NCBI GenBank assembly: GCA_965116925.1
Contig: OZ220744.1
Location: 1,952,001-2,016,000, forward strand
DNA length: 64,000 bases
DNA from: Candidatus Poribacteria bacterium
GTDB lineage: Bacteria; Poribacteria; WGA-4E; PCPOR2b
Direction: 5' to 3'
The position numbers and the translations under genes are program-made. The notes beneath the pieces were generated by a model. The model saw only the letters and a program-made list of their open reading frames with translations. It ran no database searches and was not told where the DNA came from. Position 1 is the first letter of the stretch. Every line of letters starts with the position of its first letter. Positions 9,136 through 19,671 of this stretch are shown here, piece after piece.

Positions 9136-10098
9136 ATGTGGACATTTGATTTACCGTTAGAAGAGTTGGAAAATTACAAACCGCCCCGTACTGCGCAGCC
9201 GGACTTTGAGGAGTTTTGGGAACGCACAAAAGCGGAGAGTCTGGCGCAACCGTTGAATCCCGAACTGGTCCCTATTGACTATCCTGTAAAACGGGTTCAG
9301 GTGTTTTCTGCGACGTTTGATGGGTTTGCAGGTGAAAGTGACCAACCACCGCGGGCAGGCGGTTGGTTTTTCATCCCCGAAGACCCCGCCCCCCGCCCGG
9401 CATTGGTAATCTACCACGGTTATCACGGCTATCGCGATAGAATCTCGACCCATTTGCCTTGGGCGTTGATGGGGTTTGTGGTGTTAGCGATGGATGTGCG
9501 TGGACGGGGTGAGGCACCGGATTGGACTGAATATGAAGGAGGACATGGGCTTGGGTGGATGACGCGGGGTATCATGAACAAAGAGGAATACCTCTATCGC
9601 TTTGCCTATATGGATGGCGTGCGGGGTGTCGATTTTATCGCTGAACGCCCGGAGGTAGATCCTAATCGGATTGGTGTCCTCGGTGGTTCACAGGGCGGTG
9701 CGATGAGTCTTGCCGTTGCAGCCTTAAGTGACCGACCCGCTATTGCGATGCCGATGGTTCCGTTCTTATGCTACTATCCTGATGCTGTCAAGATGGCGCG
9801 AGAGAACCAATACGGCGAATTGAACAACTACTTCATTCGCTATCCTGAGCGGGAAGAGCAAGGGATGGAGACGTTGAGCTACGTTGACAATATGAACCTT
9901 GCACCGTGGATAACCTGTCCGACGCTGGTCTCCGTAGGTTTACGAGACACAACCTGTCCGCCCTCTACTGTTTATGCTACCTATAACCATCTCACCTGTG
10001 AGAAGGAGATTTTATATTACCCCTACGATATGCACAGCGGCGGCGGTGATGCACACAGGGAACGGGTAATTGAGTGGGCACACCGGTTGAATCCGTGA
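9136..10098 (+). CDS. Acetylxylan esterase (CE7/AXE1 family)
   Basis: PDFEEFW, YHGY, GGSQGG, VGLRDTTCPPS, C-terminal His. Confidence 0.9.
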   Translation: MWTFDLPLEELENYKPPRTAQPDFEEFWERTKAESLAQPLNPELVPIDYPVKRVQVFSATFDGFAGESDQPPRAGGWFFIPEDPAPRPALVIYHGYHGYRDRISTHLPWALMGFVVLAMDVRGRGEAPDWTEYEGGHGLGWMTRGIMNKEEYLYRFAYMDGVRGVDFIAERPEVDPNRIGVLGGSQGGAMSLAVAALSDRPAIAMPMVPFLCYYPDAVKMARENQYGELNNYFIRYPEREEQGMETLSYVDNMNLAPWITCPTLVSVGLRDTTCPPSTVYATYNHLTCEKEILYYPYDMHSGGGDAHRERVIEWAHRLNP

Positions 10099-10144
10099 GC
10101 TATTGCGGCAACGTGCTAGTAGTAAAGCAAATCTAAGAAATAAG

Positions 10145-10263
10145 CTAGTACTCAGTCATATAAGTTTTGCATATCAACAAGGGGGTCGGGTGACCCGACC
10201 CCTACGAAGTATTATGAGTCTCAATCCATATAGACAATCATAATTTGCCTGACTGTGTACTAG
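10145..10263. mobile_element. MITE-like element (CTAGTAC..GTACTAG ends) carrying an internal REP hairpin
   Basis: Terminal inverted repeats CTAGTACTCAGTCA / TGACTGTGTACTAG; internal GGGGTCGGGTGACCCGACCCCTAC. Confidence 0.65.
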
Positions 10264-10319
10264 GAAAACGGGAAAATGAGAGAGCAGGTTTCTCTTCTTT
10301 TCCCGTTTTTATTTTTCTG

Positions 10320-12242
10320 TCAGAACCATGTTGTATACAGAGGTTTTTGGAGAATAATGCTCAGTAAACCCCAATAAGTACCGACAATGAAATCTCCAAC
10401 TACCAGTCCCATGAAAAATGGGACAACCTTCCGATAAGCTGTCGCCCCGCCATGTTTTAAGATCAGCAGTTTTATCGCCCAGCAGACAAAGAGCGCGAAC
10501 CAGTAGACATCAATGGTGCCTGAACTGATGCCCAGAATATATCCTGCCGGGTGAAATGGGAACCATATAAATCGCATCCGCATCCATCCCATCACGATTG
10601 AGAAAATAGCCGAACCACCGATGATACCTGCACCTAGAGTATCGGGCTCCTTCGGATTCTGTAACCAACCGCTCAGGCTATTGCACGCTTGGGCACCTGC
10701 TGCTAACAACTCTCCGGCGGTTGAGGCACCGTACCGGTAAAGCATGACCGGAAATATCCAGAATGCCAATAGCACACCGAAAATTAGAGAGAGCATCATC
10801 GCCCAAGTAAGTCGGTGGGTATTGACACCGGTGCCTTCAGCGGACTTGAATGCTTCCAATTGATGGGGCATAGGATGGCTGCGATTTAACCGATTGAACC
10901 AATAAAATAGGGAAAACATGGTGAGATTTGGCGCGCCGATTTGGCGCGTTCCAAAGGCAGAAACGAGGACTACCTGTGGGTTCACGAGGACGATTGCGTG
11001 TAAAGGGGGACCCAATTCGGCTCGCATTCGCGTGAGTGCTGTAGCAATCATAAAGTAGAGTCCGAAAAATGTTGGCACAAGCCATAGAGACATCCCTAAA
11101 CTGTTGCAATAAAACATCAGGGTAATCATCCCGCCGATAAAGCAGAGGGTTGCCGTCCGATAACGCATCGGTTCGTTGGAATCATCAAGCGTTGATTTTA
11201 GATTGACGGTTTTCTTAAATACTTCCCAAAAATAGCGGCGCCCCATGTACAGCGTCATCACACATAGCCCGATCATGGCACCGGTGGCTTGTTCCCCAAA
11301 AAAGGGATAACGTGGGAAGGTATTCCACCCCATCATCGCGCCGACCAATCGCTCCATTTTGCGAAACAGGAAGAAGAACCAAGTAGAAAAGGTGAGATCT
11401 AAAGGTATCAGGAAAGAGAGTCCAATAAGAAATGGGTAGAACCGCATTGGCAACGCACCAATAGCATTCCACGGTTCTTCCGTGAAAAGGACGCCTAGAT
11501 TGTAGGTTGGCTCCTTGATCGGGAAATGGGGAATTTTCGGATATAGGAAGCTCACGCCGTTGACGAGGCTGATTACGCCCGCGACGCTGAAACCTATCCA
11601 CATAAGCCGGTTGCGAAAGAAACCGAAGGTGGGATTGGTCATTTCCAGCGGGATTTGAATAATCGGATAGGCGAGTCGTTCATGTTCGACCCACTGTTTG
11701 CGAAGGATAACGTTGAGACAGATGAGCATAAAGAAGAGGACAGAAATCAGGAATGACCATGCGATAGCAGGCCGAATCCAGAATCGGTAGAAACCCGTCG
11801 CCCAGAAGGCAGATTCGCCTTTGTAGAAATACTCGACAGCGGCAGGATCTCGGACGAGCAGCACATCCGGAAGGTATCTGTGAAAGAGATTTGCCCAGTC
11901 GTTTGCGGGTGTGGCGTAAAAATAGGCGTGGGGTATAACGCCCATCATACATACCATGTTATCGTGGGCGGTGACTGCTGTCGTTGCGGAGACGGTGGTG
12001 TAGATCATTAGCAGTTCCGCTTGTGAAAGGGGCTCCTTCGCCATGAACCTGCCACCGATTTTGTTGAGCAGAATCAGGAAAAATAGGAAGAAAATCGAAA
12101 GCTGCGGGAGGGACATGGATGTCCAATGGAGGGAGTGCCATATCATTTCCTCAAGTGCTACGAGGTAGAGGCACAGGGGCATCAACAGTAGACCGAACAG
12201 GATTGCTTTGACTGAGAGGCGGGAGGTTTCGACCTGTTTCAT
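10320..12242 (-). CDS. Large polytopic membrane protein (DUF6785/DUF6784-like), paralog 2
   Basis: Many transmembrane segments; LRKQWVEHERLAYPI, TRMRAELGPP, WFPFHPAGY, FFMGLVVGDF. Confidence 0.75.
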   Translation of the reverse strand: MKQVETSRLSVKAILFGLLLMPLCLYLVALEEMIWHSLHWTSMSLPQLSIFFLFFLILLNKIGGRFMAKEPLSQAELLMIYTTVSATTAVTAHDNMVCMMGVIPHAYFYATPANDWANLFHRYLPDVLLVRDPAAVEYFYKGESAFWATGFYRFWIRPAIAWSFLISVLFFMLICLNVILRKQWVEHERLAYPIIQIPLEMTNPTFGFFRNRLMWIGFSVAGVISLVNGVSFLYPKIPHFPIKEPTYNLGVLFTEEPWNAIGALPMRFYPFLIGLSFLIPLDLTFSTWFFFLFRKMERLVGAMMGWNTFPRYPFFGEQATGAMIGLCVMTLYMGRRYFWEVFKKTVNLKSTLDDSNEPMRYRTATLCFIGGMITLMFYCNSLGMSLWLVPTFFGLYFMIATALTRMRAELGPPLHAIVLVNPQVVLVSAFGTRQIGAPNLTMFSLFYWFNRLNRSHPMPHQLEAFKSAEGTGVNTHRLTWAMMLSLIFGVLLAFWIFPVMLYRYGASTAGELLAAGAQACNSLSGWLQNPKEPDTLGAGIIGGSAIFSIVMGWMRMRFIWFPFHPAGYILGISSGTIDVYWFALFVCWAIKLLILKHGGATAYRKVVPFFMGLVVGDFIVGTYWGLLSIILQKPLYTTWF

Positions 12243-12290
12243 TGTATTTGGTTCATGAGTTCATTGGTTAATTGGTATACACTTTCTCGG

Positions 12291-14240
12291 TCAGAACCAT
12301 GTTGTGTACAGGGGGGTTCCTAGGATGATACTCAGCAATCCCCAATAGGTGCCGACAATGAAATCTCCGACCACTAATCCCATGAAGAACGGCAGGATCT
12401 TCCGATAGGTTTTTACACCGCCGTGTCTGAGTACCAGCAGTTTTATCAGCCAACAGACGAAAAGCGCGAACCAGTAGACGTCGATTGTGCCGGAACTGAC
12501 GCCTAGAATATATCCACCCGGGTGGAAGGGGAACCATAGAAAGCGCATTCGCATCCATGACATCCACATGGAAAAGAGCAGTGACCCGCCAATGATACTG
12601 CCGCCGACCGGGTCCGGTGGGCGTGGGTACTGTAACCAGCCGCCGAGGCTATTGTATGCCTGCCAGCCTGCCCCTAGCAATTCTCCAGCGGTTGAGGCAC
12701 CGTATTGGTAGAGGACAACAGGAAAGATCCAGAATGAGACGAGAAGGCCGACAATCAAAGAGATCATCATTGCCCAGAAGAGGCGGCTGGTGCTAGCGTG
12801 GGTGCGTTCTGCCGACTTGAACGCTTCCAACTGATGCGGCATTGGGTGGCTGCGATTGTATCGGTTGAACCAAAAGAGTAGGGAAAACATGGTCAGGTTA
12901 GCTGTGCCGAGTCTCCGCGTCCCAAGTGCTGCGACTAGAATAACTTGCGGATTCACCAATCTGATTGGATGCAGGGGCGGCCCCAATTCCGCTCGCATTC
13001 GTGTCAGTGCGGTGGCGATCATGAAGTACAGCGCGAAGAACAGTGGGACAAGCCATTGAGACATCCCCAAGTGGCTGCAGAATATCATCAGCGCAATCAT
13101 GCCACCAATTAAGCAAAGCACTGCGGTTCGATAGCGCATCGGTTCATTTGAGTCGTCAAGCGTGGATTGGAGCCCAACTACTTTTCTGAAGACGTCTGCG
13201 AAGTGGCGGCGGCCGAGGTAGAGTGCTGTGAGGCAAAGCCCAATCATGGCACCCGTTGCTTGTTCACCAAAGAATGGATATTGTGGGATGGTGCTCCAGC
13301 CAACCATCGCTCCGACCAATCGCTCCAATTTGCGGAATAGAAAGAAGAACCAGGTCGAGAAGGTGAGATCTAAGGGAATTAGGAACGATAAACCAATTAG
13401 AAATGGATAAAATCGCAGCGGCAGCGTCCCGATGGCGTTCCACGGCTCCTCGTTGAAATAGACACCGAGATCGTAGTGTGGTTCTTTAATTGGTATGCGA
13501 GGAACGCTCGGATAGAGAAAGTTGAGACCGTTGAGCAGGCTTATCACACCAGCAACGGTGAATCCAATCCACATCATCCGGTTGCGGAAGAAGCCGGAGC
13601 GCAAATCGGTCATCTCCAGCGGGATTTGAATAATTGGATAGGCGAGCCGCTCGTTTTCAATCCACTGTTTCCGGAGGATGACATTAATACAGAGCAGCAT
13701 GAAAAACAGAACAGCAAGCAGAAAGGACCAACCGATGGCGGGCTTAATCCAGAATCGATAGTAGCCTGTCGCAAAGAAAGCGGATTCGCCTCTGTAGAAA
13801 TAGTTCACTGCATTGGGATCGCGGATAACGAGCAGGTCGGGGAGGTGTTTGTGGAAGAGTGCCGCCCACTCGTTTTCTGGGGTAGCGTAGAAAAAGGCGT
13901 GGGTAAGAACCCCCATCATGCAAACCATATTGTCGTGCGCGGTATATGCTGTGGTTGCAGAAAGGGTTGAATAAATCATCAACAATTCTGCTTGTGAGAA
14001 CGGGTCTCTTGACAACAACCGTCCGGCACCTTTGTTGAGGAGAATTAAGAAAAAGAGAAAAAAGATGGAGAGTTGCGGCAGGGACATTGATGTCCAGTGG
14101 AGGGAGTGCCATATCATCTCCTCAAGTGCCACCAGATACGCACACAGCGGCATCAGCAGCAATCCAAACAGAATTGATTTTATCGAAATACGAGAGGCGG
14201 GGGGCTGTTTAGCCTCGCCCTTTTCGTTTAGGTTCATCAC
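12291..14240 (-). CDS. Large polytopic membrane protein (DUF6785/DUF6784-like), paralog 1
   Basis: Collinear with 10320-12242 and shares long identical stretches. Confidence 0.75.
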   Translation of the reverse strand: MMNLNEKGEAKQPPASRISIKSILFGLLLMPLCAYLVALEEMIWHSLHWTSMSLPQLSIFFLFFLILLNKGAGRLLSRDPFSQAELLMIYSTLSATTAYTAHDNMVCMMGVLTHAFFYATPENEWAALFHKHLPDLLVIRDPNAVNYFYRGESAFFATGYYRFWIKPAIGWSFLLAVLFFMLLCINVILRKQWIENERLAYPIIQIPLEMTDLRSGFFRNRMMWIGFTVAGVISLLNGLNFLYPSVPRIPIKEPHYDLGVYFNEEPWNAIGTLPLRFYPFLIGLSFLIPLDLTFSTWFFFLFRKLERLVGAMVGWSTIPQYPFFGEQATGAMIGLCLTALYLGRRHFADVFRKVVGLQSTLDDSNEPMRYRTAVLCLIGGMIALMIFCSHLGMSQWLVPLFFALYFMIATALTRMRAELGPPLHPIRLVNPQVILVAALGTRRLGTANLTMFSLLFWFNRYNRSHPMPHQLEAFKSAERTHASTSRLFWAMMISLIVGLLVSFWIFPVVLYQYGASTAGELLGAGWQAYNSLGGWLQYPRPPDPVGGSIIGGSLLFSMWMSWMRMRFLWFPFHPGGYILGVSSGTIDVYWFALFVCWLIKLLVLRHGGVKTYRKILPFFMGLVVGDFIVGTYWGLLSIILGTPLYTTWF

Positions 14241-14353
14241 TTCCTTGTCGTCGTTTAGGGAGGTCGCATGTTAAATACAACTTGGGGTGAGTGGGTGTAA
14301 ATCGAGGGTTGATGTAGGGTTCAACGATCGTTGAATCCTAACAAAATTCTAAT

Positions 14354-14455
14354 TATAGTGAATTCAAAAAATAAAGAAACACTTGCGCCCCCCGGTAGGT
14401 GCGGTTTGTAACCGCACCGGTTTGGCGTGTCCCATTAATTCTAAAATCTACTATA
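14354..14455. mobile_element. MITE-like repeat, TATAGT..ACTATA family
   Basis: Ends TATAGTGAATTCAAAAAATAAA and ATTAATTCTAAAATCTACTATA; internal GTAGGTGCGGTTTGTAACCGCACC; inverted copy at 36651-36758. Confidence 0.65.
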
Positions 14456-14488
14456 GATCGGGTGAGTCCCTCATTGCACCTCAACGTG

Positions 14489-15589
14489 CTAGGGTCGTTT
14501 CAGTTTACCCCACACCGTCGTTAGCTTGTCTTGTGGAGAAACAGAAAGGGATCCAGGTGTATATTCATAAATTGATGGGAACGATTGTACCCCAGCTCTG
14601 CCGCCCGGCACATAAATTTTACCTCCTGCTACGGTGGCAGGAACCCCAGCTCTTCCTCGCGGCAGTGGAATAGCTTCATCAATAACCCATTCGTCGTTAG
14701 CTGGGTTGTAAACATCTACTCTTTTAAGGACCTCATCGTTGCCACCATCGCTAAATGCAGCAAGTCCGCCGATTGCGAAGATGCGACCACTCAAAGTTGT
14801 AATGCCAAAAAGAGCTCTGCTGACTGGCATCGGTTTCCTTGCTTCCCATTTATCTGTCGCTGGATCGTAGACTTCAACAATGTTTAGTACTCCTTCTTCA
14901 AAATCCCAACCGCCGATTGCGTAAATCTTGCCCTGAAACGCGGCGACTCCAAGCCCACCTCTTGGCGTCGGCATATCCCTTTTCCGATCAAATTTATCTT
15001 CTTTCGGATCGTACTCGAAAACAGTACCGTATACTTCTTTTTGCGCGCCTCTATCCCAGCCGCCGATCACATAGATCTTGTCACCGACCACAGCTGCAGA
15101 AGCTGCCGAAAGTGCTTGGGGTAACTTCGCTAGCTTCTTCCACGCCCCCCGCTCTCCCGCCTCCGGGTTGAACACTTCGACTGCATCAAGGACCTTTCCG
15201 CTACGGCTCTGTGCGCCTCCAAACGCATAAATCATGCCCTCAAACGTAACAGCCGCCAAGCGTGCCCTTGTTGTTGGCATATCCCTCTTTGGTGCCCATG
15301 TATCGGTCGCAGGGTCATACGCTTGGACGCGATCTAGCGTCATGTCACCGGGATTCGGAATGTGCGGTGCTCGGTTGACTTCGATTCCACCGATGAAGTA
15401 AACTTTGCCGCCGATGGTGGCAGCGGCCGCACAGCACCTTGATGACTCAGGCATGTTTTCTTTTCGTTCCCATTTGTCATCTGCAGCCAAACTACTAGTG
15501 GGTATGGCTAACAGACCAATCAGGATTAGGCCTGTGCACAGGCAAATAAACTGGGGTTTGATGTAAGATGTTAGGTTGTTGGTTGCCAT
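14489..15589 (-). CDS. Secreted Kelch-repeat protein with C-terminal TTxWG motif
   Basis: Six GG..Y/F.P...W Kelch repeats, signal peptide, ends SVSPQDKLTTVWGKLKRP. Confidence 0.85.
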   Translation of the reverse strand: MATNNLTSYIKPQFICLCTGLILIGLLAIPTSSLAADDKWERKENMPESSRCCAAAATIGGKVYFIGGIEVNRAPHIPNPGDMTLDRVQAYDPATDTWAPKRDMPTTRARLAAVTFEGMIYAFGGAQSRSGKVLDAVEVFNPEAGERGAWKKLAKLPQALSAASAAVVGDKIYVIGGWDRGAQKEVYGTVFEYDPKEDKFDRKRDMPTPRGGLGVAAFQGKIYAIGGWDFEEGVLNIVEVYDPATDKWEARKPMPVSRALFGITTLSGRIFAIGGLAAFSDGGNDEVLKRVDVYNPANDEWVIDEAIPLPRGRAGVPATVAGGKIYVPGGRAGVQSFPSIYEYTPGSLSVSPQDKLTTVWGKLKRP

Positions 15590-15694
15590 ATTTACTGTTC
15601 TCCTTTATCTTAGGGTTGATGCTGGGTTGGGCACAAATATATGTCTGGTGCCCTTCCTCGACCGTATCCATACTTATAGGGCAGAGGGAATCGG

Positions 15695-16861
15695 CTAATC
15701 TTTCGATAGCGCGCTGCGCTTGACAGCGCCAAGGGTTGTAAACCGCTTCTGGCGGGATTCTACAGAACGGAGCTCGTAGAATGGATTCCATCTTGGATGG
15801 GTATCGTTGCCATCAGGGTTGTTACTGAGATTCCTTAGCTCACCGCCATTGGCATCCATGGCATAAACCTCTCGCTTGCCATCTCGTTTGGACTCAAACA
15901 GGATTCTTTTGCCTTTGGGGGACCAGATGACTCCATTATCGCCCTTTGGATGGTTTGTAAGGTTGACCTTATTATTCCCATCGGGATCCATGCGGTAAAT
16001 TTCCCAGTTTCCGTCCCGCTGCGTCTCAAAGGCAATAATGCCTGTTGATGACCATTCGGCGCGTCTATCGGTTTTCTCGTGGTTGGTCAACCTTGTCAGA
16101 TTTTTTCCCTCAGTATCCATAACATAGATTTCGGAGTTGCCATCACGCTTCGACTGAAAGACAATCTGCATGCCATCAGGAGAGAAACGCGCCCACTCGT
16201 CTGGTGCAACATGGTTGGTGAGATTGACTTGTTTGTTGCCGGCCCCTCTTCCATCTGCGTTAGAAATAAAGATATCAAATTGAGATTTGTTATCAATCAA
16301 GTCACGGTTGCTCTCAAACACAATTTTTGTGCCGTCAGGGGACCATGCGCCTTTCTGGTCCTTGTTGACACCTTCACCTTCAGCATTTGTGATATTAACC
16401 AGATTTCCGGGCTTCATCCCTTTTTCCAAGGTCAAAAAGCCAACATCCCAACTGGCGCCTTTCGGCAGCCCTTGAGCATACACGAGGATGCGCAGGTCGC
16501 CTGCCGGTGCGAATTGGGGTTCATTCAATTTTATACCAATATCTTTTCCCGTTAAGTCCGCGTCTTTTGGCTTCGTTGGGTCTGTCAAATCTACGATACG
16601 CAGATCAAAGAGCTCTCCGCCTCGAGGATTTGCGCTGTAGACGACGTAATTACCATCGGGCGACCAGCTAAGGCTTAGGATTTTCGCCTTGAGATTTGTG
16701 ACTTTCTTAACCTCACCATTATCGTATGCCACGCAGACTTGGGTGCCATCACCCTGGTCACAGAGAAAGGCTGCCATTGGCACTTGTGCATGTGCGAGGG
16801 TGCCGCCCAAAGAGGCAAGAAGAACGCCTAAGCAGATTAAGGCCACACTTCTTCTCAGCAT
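15695..16861 (-). CDS. Secreted TolB-like (PD40 repeat) beta-propeller protein
   Basis: Signal peptide; repeated WSPDG..I.F.S.RDG..EIY. Confidence 0.85.
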   Translation of the reverse strand: MLRRSVALICLGVLLASLGGTLAHAQVPMAAFLCDQGDGTQVCVAYDNGEVKKVTNLKAKILSLSWSPDGNYVVYSANPRGGELFDLRIVDLTDPTKPKDADLTGKDIGIKLNEPQFAPAGDLRILVYAQGLPKGASWDVGFLTLEKGMKPGNLVNITNAEGEGVNKDQKGAWSPDGTKIVFESNRDLIDNKSQFDIFISNADGRGAGNKQVNLTNHVAPDEWARFSPDGMQIVFQSKRDGNSEIYVMDTEGKNLTRLTNHEKTDRRAEWSSTGIIAFETQRDGNWEIYRMDPDGNNKVNLTNHPKGDNGVIWSPKGKRILFESKRDGKREVYAMDANGGELRNLSNNPDGNDTHPRWNPFYELRSVESRQKRFTTLGAVKRSALSKD

Positions 16862-16878
16862 GATTCTCTCCTTTTCGG

Positions 16879-18054
16879 CTAATCTTTCGAGAGCGCGCTG
16901 CGCTTAACCGCTCCGAGAGTTGTAAACCGCTTCTGGTGAGGCTCGACAGAACGGAGTTCGTATTGTGGATTCCATCTTGGGTGGGTATCGTTGCCGCCGG
17001 GATTATTACTCAGATTTTTGAGACCGGCACCATCGGCGTCCATCAAATACACCTCTCGTTTCCCGTCTCGTTTGGACTCAAACAAGATTCTGCGGCCTTT
17101 GGGTGACCAGACAACTGCACTATCGCCCTTTGCATGGCTACTGAGGTTGACCTTATTATTGCCATCGGGATCCATTCGATAAATTTCCCAGTTTCCATCC
17201 CGCTGGGTTTCGAAGGCGATAATGTTAGTTGATGACCATTGCGCCCGTCTGTCGGTTTTTTCGTGGTTGGTCAATCTTGTCAGATTATTTCCATCAATAT
17301 CCACAACATAGATTTCATAATTACCATCTCGCTTCGACTGAAACACGATCTGCATACCATCAGGAGAGAAACGTGCCCATTCATCCGGTGCAACATGGTT
17401 GGTGAGATTGACCTGATTTTTACCAGCACCTCTGCCTTCGGCATCAGCAATAAAGATATCAAATTGGGATTTGTCATCAATCAAATCACGGTTGCTCTCA
17501 AACACAATTTTTGTGCCGTCGGGGGACCAGGAGCCTCCCTGATCCTTGTTAACGCCTTCCCCTTCTGCATTTGTGATATTAACCAAGTTTCCAGGTTTGA
17601 TTCCTTGATCTAAGGTTAAAAAGCCCACATCCCAACTTGCGCCTTGCGGCAATGTTTGAGCATACACCATGATGCGTGGATCGCCTTGCGGTGCAAATAC
17701 GGGTTCATTCAATTTCACACCTAGCTCTTTTCCCGTCAAGTCCTTATCTTTTGGATCTGTCGGGTCTGTCATATCTACGTAACGCAAATCGAAGTTTTCG
17801 CCACCTCGAATATTTGCGGCGTAGACGATGTACTTACCATCGGGCGACCAGTCGGGGGTTAGCGTTTTCACCTTATGATTTGTGACTTGCTTAATCTCAC
17901 CGTTGTCATATACTACATGCACCTCATCTTCACCAGAGCGGTCAGAGAGAAAAGATGCTAAAGGCACCTGTGCCCGTGTGGTGTTGACGCTCAAGGAGAC
18001 AAGAAGAACCACTAGAATGCCTCCCCATAATATTATAGAGTTTTTGCCAAACAT
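16879..18054 (-). CDS. Secreted TolB-like (PD40 repeat) beta-propeller protein
   Basis: Close paralog of 15695-16861 with identical tail FTTLGAVKRSALSKD. Confidence 0.85.
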   Translation of the reverse strand: MFGKNSIILWGGILVVLLVSLSVNTTRAQVPLASFLSDRSGEDEVHVVYDNGEIKQVTNHKVKTLTPDWSPDGKYIVYAANIRGGENFDLRYVDMTDPTDPKDKDLTGKELGVKLNEPVFAPQGDPRIMVYAQTLPQGASWDVGFLTLDQGIKPGNLVNITNAEGEGVNKDQGGSWSPDGTKIVFESNRDLIDDKSQFDIFIADAEGRGAGKNQVNLTNHVAPDEWARFSPDGMQIVFQSKRDGNYEIYVVDIDGNNLTRLTNHEKTDRRAQWSSTNIIAFETQRDGNWEIYRMDPDGNNKVNLSSHAKGDSAVVWSPKGRRILFESKRDGKREVYLMDADGAGLKNLSNNPGGNDTHPRWNPQYELRSVEPHQKRFTTLGAVKRSALSKD

Positions 18055-18095
18055 TGTTTTCTCCTTTCGATTAGATTGGAAGTTTAGGGTCTAGT

Positions 18096-18208
18096 GGAAG
18101 AAGATTAAGGAATGGAAGATTGGAGGGAAGGGATAGGTAAACAAGTTTTATGCCCTTCCATCCTTCCAATCTTTTCCCCTTCCATCCTTCCCGTCTTTCC
18201 CCCTTCCA
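18096..18208. repeat. Low-complexity purine/pyrimidine short-repeat tract forming an imperfect inverted repeat
   Basis: GGAATGGAAGATTGGAGGGAAGGG facing CCCTTCCATCCTTCCAATCTT..CCCTTCCATCCTTCC. Confidence 0.55.
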
Positions 18209-18225
18209 GAATCTCACAAGTCTTT

Positions 18226-19653
18226 TTATTTCATCACTACCATTCGTCGAGTTTCGGAAAAATCGTCAGCCAGAAGCTGATAGAAATACACGCCACTTGC
18301 CACGGACTGTCCTGCATCGTCTTTACCATCCCAATAGACAGCACGTTGTCGGCTCGTGTAAGCCCCCGCCCCTTGCCTTCCAACATTGATTGACCGGATT
18401 AACTCGCCCTTGACATTGTAGATCCGCACGGTGACAGAAGCATCTTCAGCGAGATAGTAGGGTATCCATGTTTCAGGATTGAAAGGGTTGGGGAAATTCT
18501 GCATCAAACTCGTGCGCTTGATATTTCCAAGGGTCGTAAAAAACTTCTGCTGCGGCTCAACTGCGCGGAGCTCAAACTGAGGATTCCATCTAGCATCGCT
18601 GTCATTGCCGGGATCGTTACTAAGATTCTTCAAACCAGTGCCATCTGCCAGCATCATGTATATCTCTCGCTTGCCGTCGCGTTTAGATTCAAATAAGATT
18701 CGCTTCCCTTTGGCGGACCAAATGGGTTTCTGGTCGCTTTTGGGGTCATTGGTTAAATTAACTTGATTGTTTCCATCGGGGTCAGATCGATAAATCTCAT
18801 AATTGCCATCGCGTTGGGTTTCAAAGATAATACCACCGGAGGACCACTCCGCGTTCCGGTCTGTCTTTTCATTTTCGGTGATCCGCGTCAGATTTTCCCC
18901 ATCAATGCCAACCGTATAGATTTCCCAGTTGCCGTCTCGTTTCGATTGAAACACGACCGATTTGCTATCAGGTGACCATCGTGCCCTTTGGTCCGGTGCC
19001 TCATGATCGGTGAGGTTTATCTGGTTTTTTCCGGCACCCCGTTTTTCTGCATCGGCGATAAAAATATCAAACTGGGCTCGCTCTTTAACTAGGTTGCGCT
19101 CGCTTTCAAAAACAATCTTGGTGCCGTCTGGAGACCAAGACCCTTCCAGATCCGCGTTCGCCGCTTCGCCATCTGCATTTGTAATGTTAACTAGGGCATC
19201 AAAATTGCCTCTTGCATCTAAAGTCAGGAATCCTATATCCCAGCCGTTGGCGTTTGGTAGCCCTGTCGAATAGACAAGAATCCGCGAATCGCCAGCGGGG
19301 GCCCATCGGGGTCCAGAAAGTTTTAATCCCGGCCCGTCGGGCGGACCTGTCAGATTTTTCTGTTTCGGATTTTGAGGGTCGGTGAGATCTATGACAAAGA
19401 TATCAAAGCTCTCGCCACCGCGCACATTGGCATCGAAAACGAGGTAATTGCCATCAGGCGACCATTCGGGGGTGAACACCTTGGCTTTGTTCTTTGTAAG
19501 TTGCTTAATCTCGCCGTTATCATACACCACGTGAATCTCATCGTCACCGGAGCGGTCGGAGATAAAGGATGCGATTGGCACTTGTGCGTATGCCGTACCG
19601 ATAAACAGAAGGACGAAGCTGCCCAATAGGGTGACAATATCTTTACGTGACAT
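18226..19653 (-). CDS. Secreted TolB-like propeller with C-terminal FlgD-Ig-like domain
   Basis: PD40 repeats plus LMQNFPNPFNPETWIPY...WDGKD..GQSVASGVYFY..RRMVVMK. Confidence 0.85.
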   Translation of the reverse strand: MSRKDIVTLLGSFVLLFIGTAYAQVPIASFISDRSGDDEIHVVYDNGEIKQLTKNKAKVFTPEWSPDGNYLVFDANVRGGESFDIFVIDLTDPQNPKQKNLTGPPDGPGLKLSGPRWAPAGDSRILVYSTGLPNANGWDIGFLTLDARGNFDALVNITNADGEAANADLEGSWSPDGTKIVFESERNLVKERAQFDIFIADAEKRGAGKNQINLTDHEAPDQRARWSPDSKSVVFQSKRDGNWEIYTVGIDGENLTRITENEKTDRNAEWSSGGIIFETQRDGNYEIYRSDPDGNNQVNLTNDPKSDQKPIWSAKGKRILFESKRDGKREIYMMLADGTGLKNLSNDPGNDSDARWNPQFELRAVEPQQKFFTTLGNIKRTSLMQNFPNPFNPETWIPYYLAEDASVTVRIYNVKGELIRSINVGRQGAGAYTSRQRAVYWDGKDDAGQSVASGVYFYQLLADDFSETRRMVVMK

Positions 19654-19671
19654 TGTTAGTTCGTTGTTCTC

